Assembly (NCBI GenBank): GCA_026770705.1
Contig: JANJGN010000075.1
Coordinates: 248,001-312,000 of the forward strand
From: Isurus oxyrinchus
Lineage: Eukaryota
Length of the DNA stretch: 64,000 bases
Direction of reading: 5' to 3'
The notes beneath the pieces are model-generated. The model had not been told where the DNA came from. It was given only the letters and a program-made list of their open reading frames with translations, and searched no databases. This document shows, in pieces, positions 1-13,787 of the stretch; the first letter of the stretch is position 1; the number at the start of each line of letters is the position of its first letter. The translations under genes and the position numbers were made by a program.

Positions 1-353
1 TGACTGTGTTCAGCATCGAAGCCCTTCACCCCTGATCAAGTGAAATTTAACTCTCACAGCAAGAGCAGTACATCAGAGTGAAGATTCTGTTTGAACACAC
101 TGAATACAAAGATGTTGTGACAATATTTTTCACAAGACTTCAGCCTTAAATACTATTCTGCCTTTCTAAGACCATCAGAACTGTGAGAACAACAGCAGCC
201 ACTGCTCGTTCTCAAGCATTCATTCATCATCAAAACTCAATTCAAGACTGTTAATTACAGAAACTAATTTAATATTGCGCCAGTATCTTCAAACATCTCA
301 ATGTCTGGATGCATTTGGGCGCATCACACAAACTGAATGGGTTGAAATGAAGG
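1..353. repeat. Direct repeat of about 2064-2413 (third, inverted copy near 41177-41500)
   Basis: Shared ctgatcaagtgaaatttaa...catcagagtgaa...gcattcatt...aacatctcaa...ctggatgca. Confidence 0.8.
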
Positions 354-699
354 GTAATGTCAGTGCTTGAATATTTTTAAGGCAGAGGTGGATCGATTCT
401 TGGTAAGCAAGGGGCTGATAGGATATCGGGTTAGGAGAGATTCACATGACGTAACCATCTAGTCAGCCATGATTTTATTAAATGGCACAGCATTCCGTTG
501 CAACTCATGTTGGTTTGTGTGAAGGACACAGAATGAAGGTGATCTTTGCCACCAGATTCAGCCCCGTCTCTATTTCTCGGTTCTCATCATTTAGCATTTA
601 CCCTCAGGATTCAGCTGTCACAAGAGACGGTGGAACTCACAGAGAAGAAACAGTGAATGAGGACCTGGAGAATCTTATCATTTTCTCTGTGGTTAAGCA

Positions 700-1150
700 A
701 TGTTTGTATACATGTCTCTTTCTGAGTATCTGTCATTTTCTGTATCTGTATCTTACTCTCTGTGTGCCTATGAGTCTTTCTGTGTGCATGTCTCTGTGTG
801 TCTGCCTCTCTGTGTCGGTCTCTGTCTGTCTATCTGTCGCTGCTTGCATCTGTGTGTATGCCTCTTTGCGTGCGTATGATTCCCTATTTCTCTTTCTGTC
901 TGTGTGTCTGCCCCTGTCCGAGAGTTCGTCTCCCTGTATGCCTGTGCATTTGATTGTCTCTCTAAATTTCCTTCTTTCTGTCTGCATGGCAGTCTCTAGC
1001 TGTGTGTCTGTATCTGCATGTGCCTCTCTCCCTGTCTGTGTCTCTGTGTGTTTCTGACTCGATGCGACGATCTCTGTCTATGTGTCTGACTCTGTGTATG
1101 TCTCTGCCTATGTCTGCAAGTCTGCCTCCGTCTAAGTCTTTCTCTGTCGG
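700..1150. repeat. Degenerate (TG/TC)n-type microsatellite
   Basis: Low-complexity tctgtgtgtc run; explains ORFs 482..1057 and 733..987. Confidence 0.85.
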
Positions 1151-3289
1151 CGACCCCCATTAAGAAATTAATTCATACATTAGCAGCAGCATTTGAAGTT
1201 GAAGAAAAACGCCTCAGTAGGTGTATGATAAAATTTGATGAGAAAGAGCAGCTGCTGTAAGGTGTATATTTAAGGACATTAGTCTCCACCCCTGTACAGA
1301 TCTATATCTCAATGATGTGACCAACTCCAGACCTGTAAAGGAGAAGGTGCTGACTAAATAATAAGAACCAAGCAGTGTTTCAAATCACCATAACAAGAGC
1401 AGTTTATTAACTGTCACATGCATGATACCTCGCATATCAACTAAATGGATAGTGAAAGAAAAACAAAATATTAATAGGTGAAATTTCTGGAAATGTAACT
1501 GTCTGAATTTTACAGAGTCAGTGAATGTTTGTAACAGAAAGCTGTGGTTTCACAGCAGAAACATTTCATCTCAGGCACAAAACAATTTAACCATTGACAG
1601 TAGAAACAATGACCCAGAGACAGGCGTGTGTTAAATCACATTGAAAGAAAATACATGGTGACAATTCCTTCTAACTACTTTGAATAGCTTAAACAACTAA
1701 TTCCACGTTACAAAACCGCCAGTGGTGCAGACAAACAGACTGATTCACCCTGCACTTAATTATTCACACTAGTAAATGCAAGCTGCTTCAAATACAAAGC
1801 AGCCATTAAACATTCCACAAAGCAGCTCAGAAGTTATTAATAAGCAGAGACGGTGCATTATGCCAACATGTTGAGATTGGAGCGCCATGTAATCATCTAT
1901 TTACAGACTGAAAAAAAAGTTTCATCAAGTACCTGAAAAGGAAGCCAGAAGCCAAAATGTGCATTGGCCTCTGAGAGGTGGAGACTGGCGAGTTAATGAT
2001 GGGAATCAAGTACCTGGTGAATGGATATTAGGCGTGAAGTGACAGAAAATGTAATAATTCGAAATCTGTGTGCTCAACGTCGGAACCCTTCAATTCTGAT
2101 CAAGTGAAATTTAAACCTCATAGCATGAACAGTGCATCAGAGTGAATAGTCTGTTCGAACACGCTGAGAACAAGCATATGGTTCAATTTTTTTTACATGA
2201 CTTCAGGCATAAATAATATTAAGTTGTTCTATGAAGATGGCCACTGTGAGAGCAATAGCAGCAGCTTCTGCTTCTCAGGCATTCATTTATCTCAAAACTG
2301 AATTCAGCCTGCTAAATAGAGAAACAAATTTGATAGTACAAGCATTTTCTAACATCTCAATTACTGGATGCAATTTGGCACAACAAATAGATTAAATTGG
2401 TTAAATTGAAGGGTCCAGTCAGGCACAAAGCAATTCTGTAAGGTATAACCGTACTAGAACAGACTGGCAAGTCATTAAATCAGCTGCTTCAACCTCTAAG
2501 AGACAGTGCAGATTGTCAGCTGTTCACTGAGAATGAGGGCAAGGAATGAGGTGATGGTTATCACTGGAAAACTACTCCCACGATGGGCATGTGTGTGAGG
2601 GCATTGGGTTATACCTTCGAGTCTGAACATCAGATTTCAGAGAGGAGAGAGCCCCAAGGAGGCTAAAAGTGGGGAGCAGGGGAATAGTGGAAAGCAGCAA
2701 ATGCAACTGAATGGATGTCATTAATCATCATTTCTTCAGCTCTGTGGAGAAACTAAAGAAGTCGGGGGTGTTCTCCAGATAAAACAGAATTTAAGTGGAC
2801 GTTTAGGGAATATGACCAGGTATTAGAGACTTCATTCCTGTGTAGGGACTGGAGAAGGTGGGATGATTCCCCTTAGATATGAGGAGTTTAGCACATTTTT
2901 CCCAAGGTGGCAGTGAGGATTGGGAATTATTTTATCAGAAGAGATGTGACAAGTTGGGAGTGTTGGTGAGAAATCAGAATGGGAGGAACAAATGTGTTGA
3001 ATACAAAAAATACCCGAGCAAAACAAAGAGGCTGAGAATATGTCAGTCTGAGGCTCACGGTTTCAGAAAAATCTTTAAGCAGAAATCTGTGATATCAGCT
3101 CAGAGACACTTCATCTCGGACATATGTGATTTCAACCCCTGACAGGATGAACAGGGCATCACAGCCAAGTCTGGAGCCAAACATATAAAAATAACATTTA
3201 TTGCTGTAACCTTTTGGTACGTTTTAAGCCTTGTTATTCATGAATTTCTCTAACACCACGAGAGTTAGAATAAAAACGTTAAAGACCCA

Positions 3290-4570
3290 TTGTTGAGTGA
3301 AGCCAAGATGGATTTATGAAAGGGAAATGATGTTTGACAAAACCATTAGTGAATTTGAGGGATGCAAATAGCGCAATGGATAAAGGTTAAACCAATGGAT
3401 GCGGTTTATTTGAATGCTTCGATAAGACCCGAAACAAGAGATTAGAAAACAGAACCAGTCATTGGGGTTAATAAACTAGCATGGATTGAACAATGTTTTC
3501 AGATGGAACATAGAAAGTAGCTCTTAAAGGGTCATTCCCAGTTTCTCAGGCAGTCATTAAAATGAGGTGCTGCACCGATCAGTGTTTGGTCCAACTGTTC
3601 ACAATCTACAACAATAAACTGGGTGTGGGGGCAAAGGTAACATTTCCAACTTTGCTGTTGACACACAATTTGGTGGGAATACGAGTTCTGAGGACGGTCC
3701 AATGAGGCTTCAAGGGGATGAAGACAGGCTAAGCAGGTGCGCACACGTATGGCAGATGGAATGTAATGAGGTCAAAAGTAACAGAATACACTTAGAAAAA
3801 AAAAACAGAAAGGCAGAGTATTCCATAAATGCTGAGGGATTGGGAAGTCTGGGGACTGTGGTATACCTGTTCATATGTCACTGAATGTTAACATGTGGAT
3901 TCAGCAATCAATTAGTAAAGGAAATGGAAAGTTGGCCTTCATTGCAAAATGATTTTTGCACAGGAATTAAAATAAAATGTGTTGCTGCATCTGGTTAGAG
4001 CCGTGGTAAGGCCGAAGCTGCAGCGTTATGTACAGTCCTGGCCTTCTTATCCGAGTAAGGATATAATTGTCATCGAGCGAGTGCAGCGAATGTTCACTAA
4101 AGTGATCCCTGAAATGGAAGGAGTATCGCCTGAGGAGACAATGAGGAGACTGTGTTTGTGTTCTAGAAAATTCTGAGCCTGAGAGGTGATCCCTTTCAAA
4201 GGTACAACATCCTTAAGGGGCTTGACAGGACAGATGCAGGGAGGAAGTTTCCGCTAATTGGATGGTCTGGAACCAGGGAGCAGTGTCCCAGAATTAGAGG
4301 TTTGGGGGGCGGGTGGCTACTTAGGACGGGGTTAAGGAGGACATTCTTCACTCAAAGGATGGTGGATCTTTGAAATTCTCTACCCTAGATGGTTGTGGAA
4401 GCTCTTTCATTGAGCATCTTCAAGGCAGACATCGATAGATTAACTGATTCAGAAGATATCAAGGGTTATGGGGGCAGTGCGAGAAATGGCGCTGAGGTGG
4501 AGGTTCAACCAGTATCTAATTGAAGGGCAGAGCAGGCTCCAGGAGCTGAATGGCCTCCTTCTGCTTCTCT
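3290..4570 (+). mobile_element. Decayed CR1-clade LINE (RT to 3' tail)
   Basis: GFMKGK-CLT-like start, ORF 3979..4176 (VQSWPSY..IERVQRMFTKVIP), tail gctgaatggcctccttctg. Confidence 0.85.
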
Positions 4571-5464
4571 GTCGCTTTGAAATTCAGACAATCCATGTCT
4601 GGAGTGAGTCTTTGAAATAGCAATCCAATTATTCACTCTGAGATTTTATTTACACAAGCCCTGCATCTAAAAAGAAAAGTTAAAAATAAAACATCAGTTT
4701 TGTGACTCAGTGAATCGTTGACTGAAAGTCACCTGAAAGCAGCTGGGTGGAATTTGTATTCAAATGTGAAAATTCATTAGACAATACCAAACAGAATGTC
4801 CACTGGAAGTGCGGAGGTCCATTATGGAACGGATTGAGCTGTTGATGGTGGCAATTTGGACGTGAGATGTGGAGATTATGAGTTAGATGCTGAGAACATG
4901 GGAAAGATGAAGCCCTGTTTTTGCTGATGGACATTAGTATCCGCCCACCCTACAGCTGCATATCTCAGTGACGTGTTCATTCGTAGCTGGGTGAATGACG
5001 AAGCAAAGTTAAATCAACATCCCTGATCTGGAGGCTGACTGAATTATCCGCCAGAGATGGACCAACAACATACACACGCTGAAAAATATCACAAAGCGCC
5101 TGGAATTCGATGACAAATGGGAACAAGATAGAAAACTCAGCGAACATTCTGAAAATAATCAGTGTGGCAGAGGATAGAAATAGCCCTTACCATCACAGCG
5201 GAAGGCAGCGGTTTCAACTCGAAGGAGCTTCAATAGAAAGGAAGAGGATCTGAGCAACTGTCAATTAGGACGGTGACTCAGAAACAAACGAATCGTTCAA
5301 AATAAATTGATTAGAATGTTTTCTAATTGCTTGAAAGTATTCTCCCAACAGTTTGTTCCATTCTCCCGAGGGCACTGATTCCCAAATGCAAACCCGCGCT
5401 TGCTCAAACTACTCTTCTAGTCATCTGTTCATTTACGTTTTCAGAAACAGTGTGGGTTTCTTGA

Positions 5465-5606
5465 CCTGACGTCAGTGGTGACACTGGAGGAACTTTTCCC
5501 TCCTACAGCGCATGCTCGTTCCCCTGCGTGGAGCAGGCATTAAGAAGCTCTATCATCATATTTGTCTTCCTTCAGTGGATTGGGAGCTATGCGCTGATTG
5601 GTCGCG
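5465..5606. promoter_or_regulatory. Promoter-like motif cluster (CRE palindrome, GCGCATGC, CCAAT box)
   Basis: tgacgtca near 5468, gcgcatgc near 5508, gctgattggtcgcg 5593-5606 (the last is identical in the inverted copy at 38776-38789). Confidence 0.4.
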
Positions 5607-6915
5607 CCAGCATCTCCTCTCCATGGAGATCGGGAAACTAAGAAGAATTTGCATGAGAACGACGGACGCGCACAAATGGATTGATTTAAAATATACTGTA
5701 AGAATAACACTGCTTTTCTTTCAATCGAAGCTCACAACAGTTAATTATTTTGGGCCACACCACTTGTGGCAGAAGCCATGGAATTTCTTCACCTTTTCTC
5801 AGAAAAAATTATGGATTGTCGAAATGTTCCAAGAGTTGAAATATCTAATATCACCCCCCCCCCCCTCCACCCCGCCCCATGCCTCCTAACCTCTAAAAAA
5901 GAAGTATGAACAATTCGGATGAATAATGAATAGATAATGGAGTTTATAAACATAGACCCTTCAGTATTTCAAGTAGAGTTTGGAATGAGGGGATTCAGAG
6001 ATTAACTCTGAGCCCCCAAAGCAGTTGGAACAGAGTTTTCAGGACATTAGTGCTCATTCACAGTAAAGATTTATATCTAAACAATATGCTCAACTCCAGA
6101 AAACTGGATGGAGAAGCTGAGAGAAGACAATTTATGAGAAATATGCCCAGCCTGAATCATACTTCTGCTTCGGCTTTTCTTGTGTTAACATCACAGAATA
6201 ATATCCCTATTCCACCAACATTCATAGAGCTAGAACTAGCAAAAACAGGCATGCCCTACCGAAATAGCAGTCCTGGTAATGAAAACATCACAATGAAAAT
6301 ATTATAAAGATAGATCTTGAAATTTTAAAGTGACGGGGCTGTTACTCTTTACTTTGATTGTTTATTCCATTGTGGGATTGTCCCTGGGATGAAAAATATC
6401 TAACACAATGTCTCTGAAAGACATGCCCTTTCCTGTTTAATTTTAAGAAATGTTGTGGTGTCCAGACATTAACCCACAGGCAATCACAAATGTCATAAAG
6501 CGCCTGAAATTCAGCTTCGATGTTGAAGAGGAAAGAGAAATATCGAAAATGGATATCACAAGAGGAACAGGAATATTCAAAGTTGGTACTGCAGAAGTCA
6601 GTCTTTTTAGCTTGGAGAAGCGCAGGTTGAAATAAGGTGGGACATAGCGTCCAATTGGGGCGCAGTTGGGGCGGGGAGCGTCGGGCTGTGCTAACAAAGT
6701 GCCAGAAGACATTTACTAAATATTCACTTTTACACGTGCCTTCTCCCATTTGTTTCTCTATATCTCCTGTAGATGCACATTCCCGACAGGGGATGTACCC
6801 CACGGTCGCCACCAGCAACTCACAGCATTACTTGCTGATGATTTGAGTGCAGACACCGAAAGGGCTGCTTGAACTGAGATGAGCAGAGATGACAGAGGCA
6901 GGCCTTCGCCCTCCT

Positions 6916-6933
6916 ACTGCGCATGCGCGCATC
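6916..6933. promoter_or_regulatory. NRF1-type site
   Basis: actgcgcatgcgcgcatc contains the YGCGCAYGCGCR consensus; 18/18 identical to the inverted copy at 37530-37547. Confidence 0.55.
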
Positions 6934-9900
6934 TAAACAGAAAACAAACTGAAAGGATAACAGAGTGAATATCGGCCCAGATTCTCGTCAGTGACTCCGG
7001 GGAATCGGCCCAAGAGTAGGGTCAGCATGTCCCCTGGATGGAGATCTCAAACACAGCCCAAAGTAAATGTTGAATCTTGAATCTTTAATGTACAGCAGAG
7101 GAGTTTGACACATTACAGGGTAGATGGAGGCCATTCACCATACTAAATATTCTGGATCTGAAACTTTCCCCACATAACCCAACTTCATGTCCGTAAATAA
7201 TCCGTTCCATTCAAATAGATTCTCAAAGTTCTGGTCGAATCTGCTTGCACCATTCTTACAGGAGATCATTCCAGATCAATCCAACCCTCAATGTGATAAT
7301 CTCCATGCTAATTTTCACTCACTTAGACATGTTAAATCATTCATTGATAATTACAGATCAATTTGCGAAATGAAACAGGTTCGCCCTATTCTGTCAATGA
7401 AATATAAATAGGATTATGAATACATCTGCAAGGTCCCTCCTGAACCTTTTCTGCTCTAAAAAGAAGGAAAAACAACAAAACAAGTTTCTCTGGCCTCCCA
7501 ACTTCTCTGAATTGCTTCAACTCCGGAAAAAAAAATCACCGTTTCTATAATTGCGGATCGGACATTAATCAACTCAACTCAAGGCCTCTGGGGATCCTGC
7601 AAGTTAATCAGCCGATCTCGAGGTCGGACTCAATCGGACACAAATAGCAGTGTTACTGTTTGATTTTTCCATCATGTCCTCTCCCTTAACTGAAAGAGGT
7701 GACTTACCCTTGAGCACAGTTCTAGGGCAAATCTCTCTCTGCCTTGTCCTTCGGTGGTAAGGGTATGGTTGGAGTCTGAGCTCGGCGGCTGTTTTCCATT
7801 GAAACGAGTTGATGACAGAAGGTGTAAAACAGGGCGCTGACAGTATCCTCAGCGGACATCCACTTATCGACACATTGAAACGGGGCCAGTACATGCCTAT
7901 TAAAAGCAGACTCTGCTCTAAATCGCTAACATCCCCCGTAAAGTAAAACCAGATTCACTCCCACCCCATTCTTCGCAAAATAGTCAAGTTTCGACACGGA
8001 CAATCCAACCTGATATGATGTACAGCAAACCAGTTGTTGTTTTTATTCTGTTAGCTACCAGATATCGGACACCTCATGCCTCAGTCCCACTCTCAAAGTT
8101 CGAGTTACCCACTGACACAACACAGACCAGAAACCCAGTGGCTTCTACACAAGATTGTTTCAAGACTCACCAAAGAGCAGTAACGAGACGTCTCTCTCCA
8201 TGTTCCAGTACGAGCTACTTCGAGACATGAGAGCTGGAAGGAACTGCGGCTGATTCCCTTCACCCAGGGCTCAGAATTTCAAACCAGGAAGCGTTGAATG
8301 AGAGAGGAAACAGAGGCTGGGAGGAAGTGAGGTGGTCACCACAGTTAAAGCAACAGAACTAATTTTTGTACAACATGTAATGAGATATGAATGTGATTGC
8401 TGCATGATTGAAAATGTTAACCTTTGTAAGTTAAACAATGATCACGTGTTAACTGGGCCACAATGGGTTATCCAGAAGGAAGAACGACCTGAAATATTTG
8501 GCTGTTTTTGTGAGTTTGTCTTTCATCATGGTCAGGAGCACTTAATCTGGGAGGAATCGTTCCTCACATCCATCTCCCGGCCTTCGATTTAAAACTCTCT
8601 ATAGTTAACCTCATGACATCCAAAAATAACAAAATAAACAATCAAAAACGGAACCGAAGGCCTCAACAGGAACATCAGTTGAGCAGCCCCTGCTGTTTTG
8701 TGCAGCGAATGTACACCAGAGTGTCAGTTGTCACGGAGAGATTGAGCTGTATAACAGTTGTTAATCATTCATTTGGGGTTCCTCCCATCTTGCTCCAACA
8801 CTCCTTCATCCATAATCAGAAACGAAGGCTACAGCAATATCGGTGACGTTAATTAGCGGCGTCCCTGCTTCCCTCAGTTGAACAGAACTAAACTGAAACC
8901 CCTTCCCGCCTAATGGACTTTCTTCAATTCATAATGGGTTTTTTTTTTCAATTTCGAACCGAAACTAATCGATCGGCGCAGGCTTGGAGGGCCGAAGGGC
9001 CTATTCCTGTGCTGTACTTTTCTTTGTTCTTTGAAATAAGGGGATGAGGCCTAAAAAAAATCAGTTAGCAGTTTAATCTCTTTCCCAACATTTTCCAGTT
9101 CTCTCATTCAGCGCCCTCTCATTCGAACTCGTGGGTACACAGGATTGACAAGGTGCTATAATTACATAAATAAATGATTAACGACTGTAACACAACCCAA
9201 TCTCTACGTCACCATCCACACTCTCGTGTATATTCACTGCACAAAACAGCAGGGGGAGCTCATGTTAAGGCCCTCAGTTCTGTACTTGATTGTTTGTTTT
9301 GTTACTTTTGGAAGTCCTGAGGTTGACTCTAGAGTGTTTTAAATCGGCCAGCTAACGATGATTGATGGCGTCAATGATTGGTCGACACACGTCTCCCTCT
9401 CTCTCTCTCTAATTCTCAGACTCTGTATTTCTGTGTGTGTCTCTCCCTCCCTCGCTCCCTTTACTGCATTTTTTTTTCCGGATTTTGAGTGTTTTTCCCT
9501 TAAAGTGCTGAACGATTCTGCAGCATGCACTTTGTGGGAAGCGAAAACACACTATCCGAAGTCCTTCCATCGAACTCTTTTTGGCAGTTTTGCAGATCTG
9601 AAACGTGAGTGAATCGCTTGTTGGCTAGTCATTAGTTGTGCTTATCAAGTTTCATGGATCATAACTGACACAGGTCTGGTTTTGAAGATTTTCAACGTTT
9701 TTGTTTCAGACGTATAATCAAGCACGGACGCCCTTTGCATGTCACAACTACAAGTGAAATGATGTTTTGGAATGATTTCGAAATATTATCCTGAAACACC
9801 CAGTGAACTGCATTGACGCAGTTATAGATAGGAGCTAAACCGATCATGTTTATTTCCGAGCAGTTGAATGAAGATGTGGCGAAAAATCTGTACTGTTCTG

Positions 9901-12404
9901 TCCCTCATTCTCGTTCCACTCCCCAGAGCCATGCATAACCGTGCCAGCCATTGACAGAGTGCTCAGATCTCCGGCAGAGAAGGACTGGAGTTTTGGAGTT
10001 TGATTAAAGAAATTCGGTCATAAATTTCACTTAGATACAAGACAAACTGATCTCAGAGCCAAAAGCTCCGTGGTCGATTTGGCATTTTCACTGGAGATGA
10101 ACATTTATTGAAGATAAGTGGAAGAGAACTTGGTGGAAGAAATGCAGGAGTTTGACACGGTTTCCATTTCATTTCCAGTATTGGATCTAACAGTACTGAA
10201 CGACTGAACATCTATTGCTTTGTGTAGAAGAATACCTGTCCGAGAGCGACACTTTGCCTTCATCAAACATCCTAATGAAGCAGATCATTCCAAAAAGCTT
10301 CCCGGGCCACACTTCCTTTGCAATTTAAGACCTATCGTGCTGACCAAATAGTTTTTATCTAATGTTCAGGCAATCAGCAACGGCTGAAATGATGATAATG
10401 TTGTGGTGCAAAGAGGTTCATGATGTCGGATCCGGAGCTTAGAATCCGAGGATAACAGGCAGTAAGGCTACCAATGATGCCCCAATTCAAATGTGTGTTT
10501 CAATTCTGAATGTTAGAGGATTAGAATATTTTAGGATTGTAGTTTTCAATTAGGGTAAGTGATGGGGCTCGTTTGACCTGTTCTGCAGATTGCCTGCCAT
10601 TAAGCCGGGCTGGTTTGATGTTTACCGATGAAAATGAGGCTTGGATTATTTTCCTGGAAAGAAGTCACAAGGTATTTACGCTCAGAGACAATGACAGCAA
10701 CATATGAGTTAACAATGAGTAGATTGAAAGTCACCCAAACTCGGAGAAATGTGTTGAAGTTACAGAGTTGTGAATAATAATGCTTTAAACTGTCCATTTA
10801 CTTCGAAGATGAAAGAAAGTTGAGGTCAAGAAAAGATCATTATCATGATGTGAAATTTAATATATTTGGCTTCGCAGCTGGGAAGAGAGATAAACTATTA
10901 TTTTAAGATTAGATTACAGGCTTCCCTATAAAGCAATGAATATCGCAGAGATGCAGCAGCTCAGTGAGATTAGCAGGGACAAAAGATCATTTGGCTTTCA
11001 GAGATAGCACAGCCGGAAGCGGAAGGGAGACAGCACCCAGCTGAAGAGATGCGTCCTGCAGCTTTCTATTGATTCCGGGAGAATATCCTGTCATGGCTGC
11101 GTATAATCAGAATCTTTGGAATAGCCTTTCCTGCTGGTGCTGTATTTAAGTGCATCTCCGAGAATTGCGGAAAATGCCGTCGCACTCAGTTACTGCTCTG
11201 TGAAGTGAGAATACGGGACCCCATTGGAGGCTGGGGGCATTCGTGGATTGTTGTAAGGACCGAAATTCGTTCGGGGTCCGACGTATAATTAGCATAAAAG
11301 TGGGTGTAGCCATCTCTACAGGTTAAAGTATAAGAGGCCTCTATAAAGAAAATGTTGTTTGCTCTTAGTAATTTGCTATTGTAAGAACATGTATAACGTG
11401 AAACCCGACCTGTTCATTCTTGCAGCGAGAACCTGGAAATTCAAATTTCTTTGTGAAAGTTATCGAAGAAATGGAGATCGTGAAAAATGAGCGACACTAA
11501 GATCAGAGGAGCACCGAGATCTGGGAGTTTGGTGGGGCTGGCGGTGGTTATAGATACAGATAAAGCAGGAGTCATATCATCGCTGTGGTTTTTTATGTAC
11601 AAGGATGAGAATCCCAAGATGCAGGTCGCTGGGCTGATGAACTAATAGTGACCCTATTCCTGTTGAATCCATCACCATCTTTAATCCACATGTTTGTGAG
11701 ATGATGATTTAACTCAGGAATCGCTTTGCCATTGGCGGATGTCAGCCTTCATCACAGGGCTGCCTCTCGGCATCCCAATTGGGCTGTGAAACATGTGCCC
11801 GATTCTGAGAGCTGTTTTTCGCTTCTCCACAAGTGGAAATTGAATTCAAGCTGAGCCGAGTTAATAGGTGTAAATTCAAATGGGTCTGAGGATAAGTGAC
11901 GACTTTGGTAATGGGGCTGAGGATGTCAGAGTATTTTGGAACGGATCGTTGTTTGAGGCTCCTCTGCTCCGCGTGTACTTTGCAAACGGCCGCCCCTCTA
12001 TATGGGCTGCAGTGTTGTTAAAAGCGTTTCGGAGTGAACAACGAAACAAAGCTTTTAATGTTGAAATGGAGCATCTTGCGACCAAGACTAGCAATATTTC
12101 TCTCAGTGATTCAAAGTGGCATCTCTTCGGTTCAGTTTCGGCGTTTCCGCTTAGCCTGATTGGATAAAGTCATTGCAATTCAACTTCAAAATTGTTCCAA
12201 GAATAATTGAACAGGAGCAATTGTTGCAACTGATCAATCGTCTGAACTAAGATTACGTGGAACGGATAACGGAGTGAAAACTATTGCGTGAGTTGGTGTT
12301 GGTTTCTGCGGGTTCTGATCCACAATTTTTTTTTTTGCGGTGGTGCTTGTAAAATTTCATGTGACATATTTAATGAGGCAAAACCCCGAAAAAAGCGTGC
12401 AAGT

Positions 12405-12665
12405 TTTTAATCTCAGATATGGTGACCCTGATGCAATTGCCGATTGTTGGAAAAAACCCATCTGGTTCGCTAATGCCCTTCAGTGAAGGAAATCTGCCGC
12501 CCTTACCCGGTCTGGCCTGCATGTGACTGCAGACCCACCGCAATGTTGTGAAAGGCCCTCCGAAAGGCTCTGGGAATCCATTCGGTTCAAAGACAATTAG
12601 GGATGGGCAACAAACTCTGGCCTGGCTCGCGGCGGCCACATCCCATGAGACAGAAAATAAAAAGG
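12405..12665 (+). mobile_element. 5'-truncated shark-type SINE
   Basis: aaaaacccatctggttcgctaatgcccttcagtgaaggaaatctgcc...caattagggatgggcaacaaa; related copy on the minus strand at about 40130-40445. Confidence 0.7.
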
Positions 12666-13787
12666 TGGGAAATAGAATTTTTAAAAATGTGTATATTGTG
12701 GATGTTGGAGTTTGGTTTTGAGGCTTCTGAACCTCCAATTTTTTGGGATCGTACATGCAAAACGTTCAGTCATCCGACACATGTAATTGCAGTAAGTTAG
12801 GAAAAGGTTTACCAGCTGTTCAGGTCACTTATATCTATAAAGGCCGGCAGCGAGTTACAATCCAACGTGCGCTGTATCGTTACTGTTTTATGTCTGAATG
12901 GGGAGCGCACAATGAGATCTCCGGTTGCAGCTCTTGATCTTCGGGCAGATCTTCACATTTCGCCTCTCTCTCCCTCTCCTTTATCTCTTGCCTGATTTGT
13001 TCTTGTCTCGCTATCTAGATTTCTCCACCGCACAGAGACAAAGTCCGGGTTTCCTTTATTCTGGCTCTAATCCAGTTAACTCCACCCTCTCCCCAGTCAT
13101 TGTTATCCCCGTGTTTGAACGTAGTTTCCTGGGCCACCCAGACGTCTCACATGTGAGCAGCACAGCATTGCATCCTGTTTCTCACATCCATCTTTGTTTG
13201 AGTGTCTCTTCCCTCAAGGTCCCAAGTTCTCATATCCCGAGGGGCTGAGAAACTCTAATAGTATTTACACACACACGCAACTGCGACAGGCAGCCTCAAC
13301 GTTTTGCTTTTTTGTGCGATTAAACATTTTATTTCCAAAACTTGATATAATTTTCTGCCCTCCATTACCTTGGCATTATTTTTCTGCACTCTGCACACTA
13401 ATTCTTACGTTTCCCACTATAGTAAAAAAACAGAAACGAATTCAAAGAGAAGCTTGATGTTAGGTACCAGAGTTGGGTTTTAAGAATTATTTGTTGGTTC
13501 GCACTCTGACAATCTTACACATGGAAGAGGAAATCAAAACCTACAAGGCTGGGAATACTCAGCAGATCAGGTAGCATCTGTATGTAGCAACTTGTATTTG
13601 CTCAGATCTGGGAGATGTTAGAGAGTTATACATTTACAAACAATTATCCCTCCAATTTGTCTGCAAGTACAACAATGTTCATTTTATTCTGCACAGAACC
13701 CGTTTATTCCTTAACTGCTGCAATTCCTGATGTACATTCACCGAACTGAGTTGTTAACTTTTTCCTCAATTAGCATAGGGTTAAACC

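Larger units (their letters stand above)
545..9550. repeat. Left arm of an old inverted segmental duplication
   Basis: Reverse-complement matches: 6916-6972 vs 37491-37547, 7600-7950 vs 36480-36860 (shared PYHRRTRQR..CPRTVLK translation on opposite strands), 8580-8930 vs 35510-35850, 545-1915 vs 47985-49225. Confidence 0.85.

Noticed and set aside
6342-7894. ORFs 6342..6818, 6450..6635 and 7604..7894 with similar peptides at 36.5-37.9 kb
   Set aside because: Similarity is explained by the inverted duplication; frames are not jointly open and no family is recognisable.
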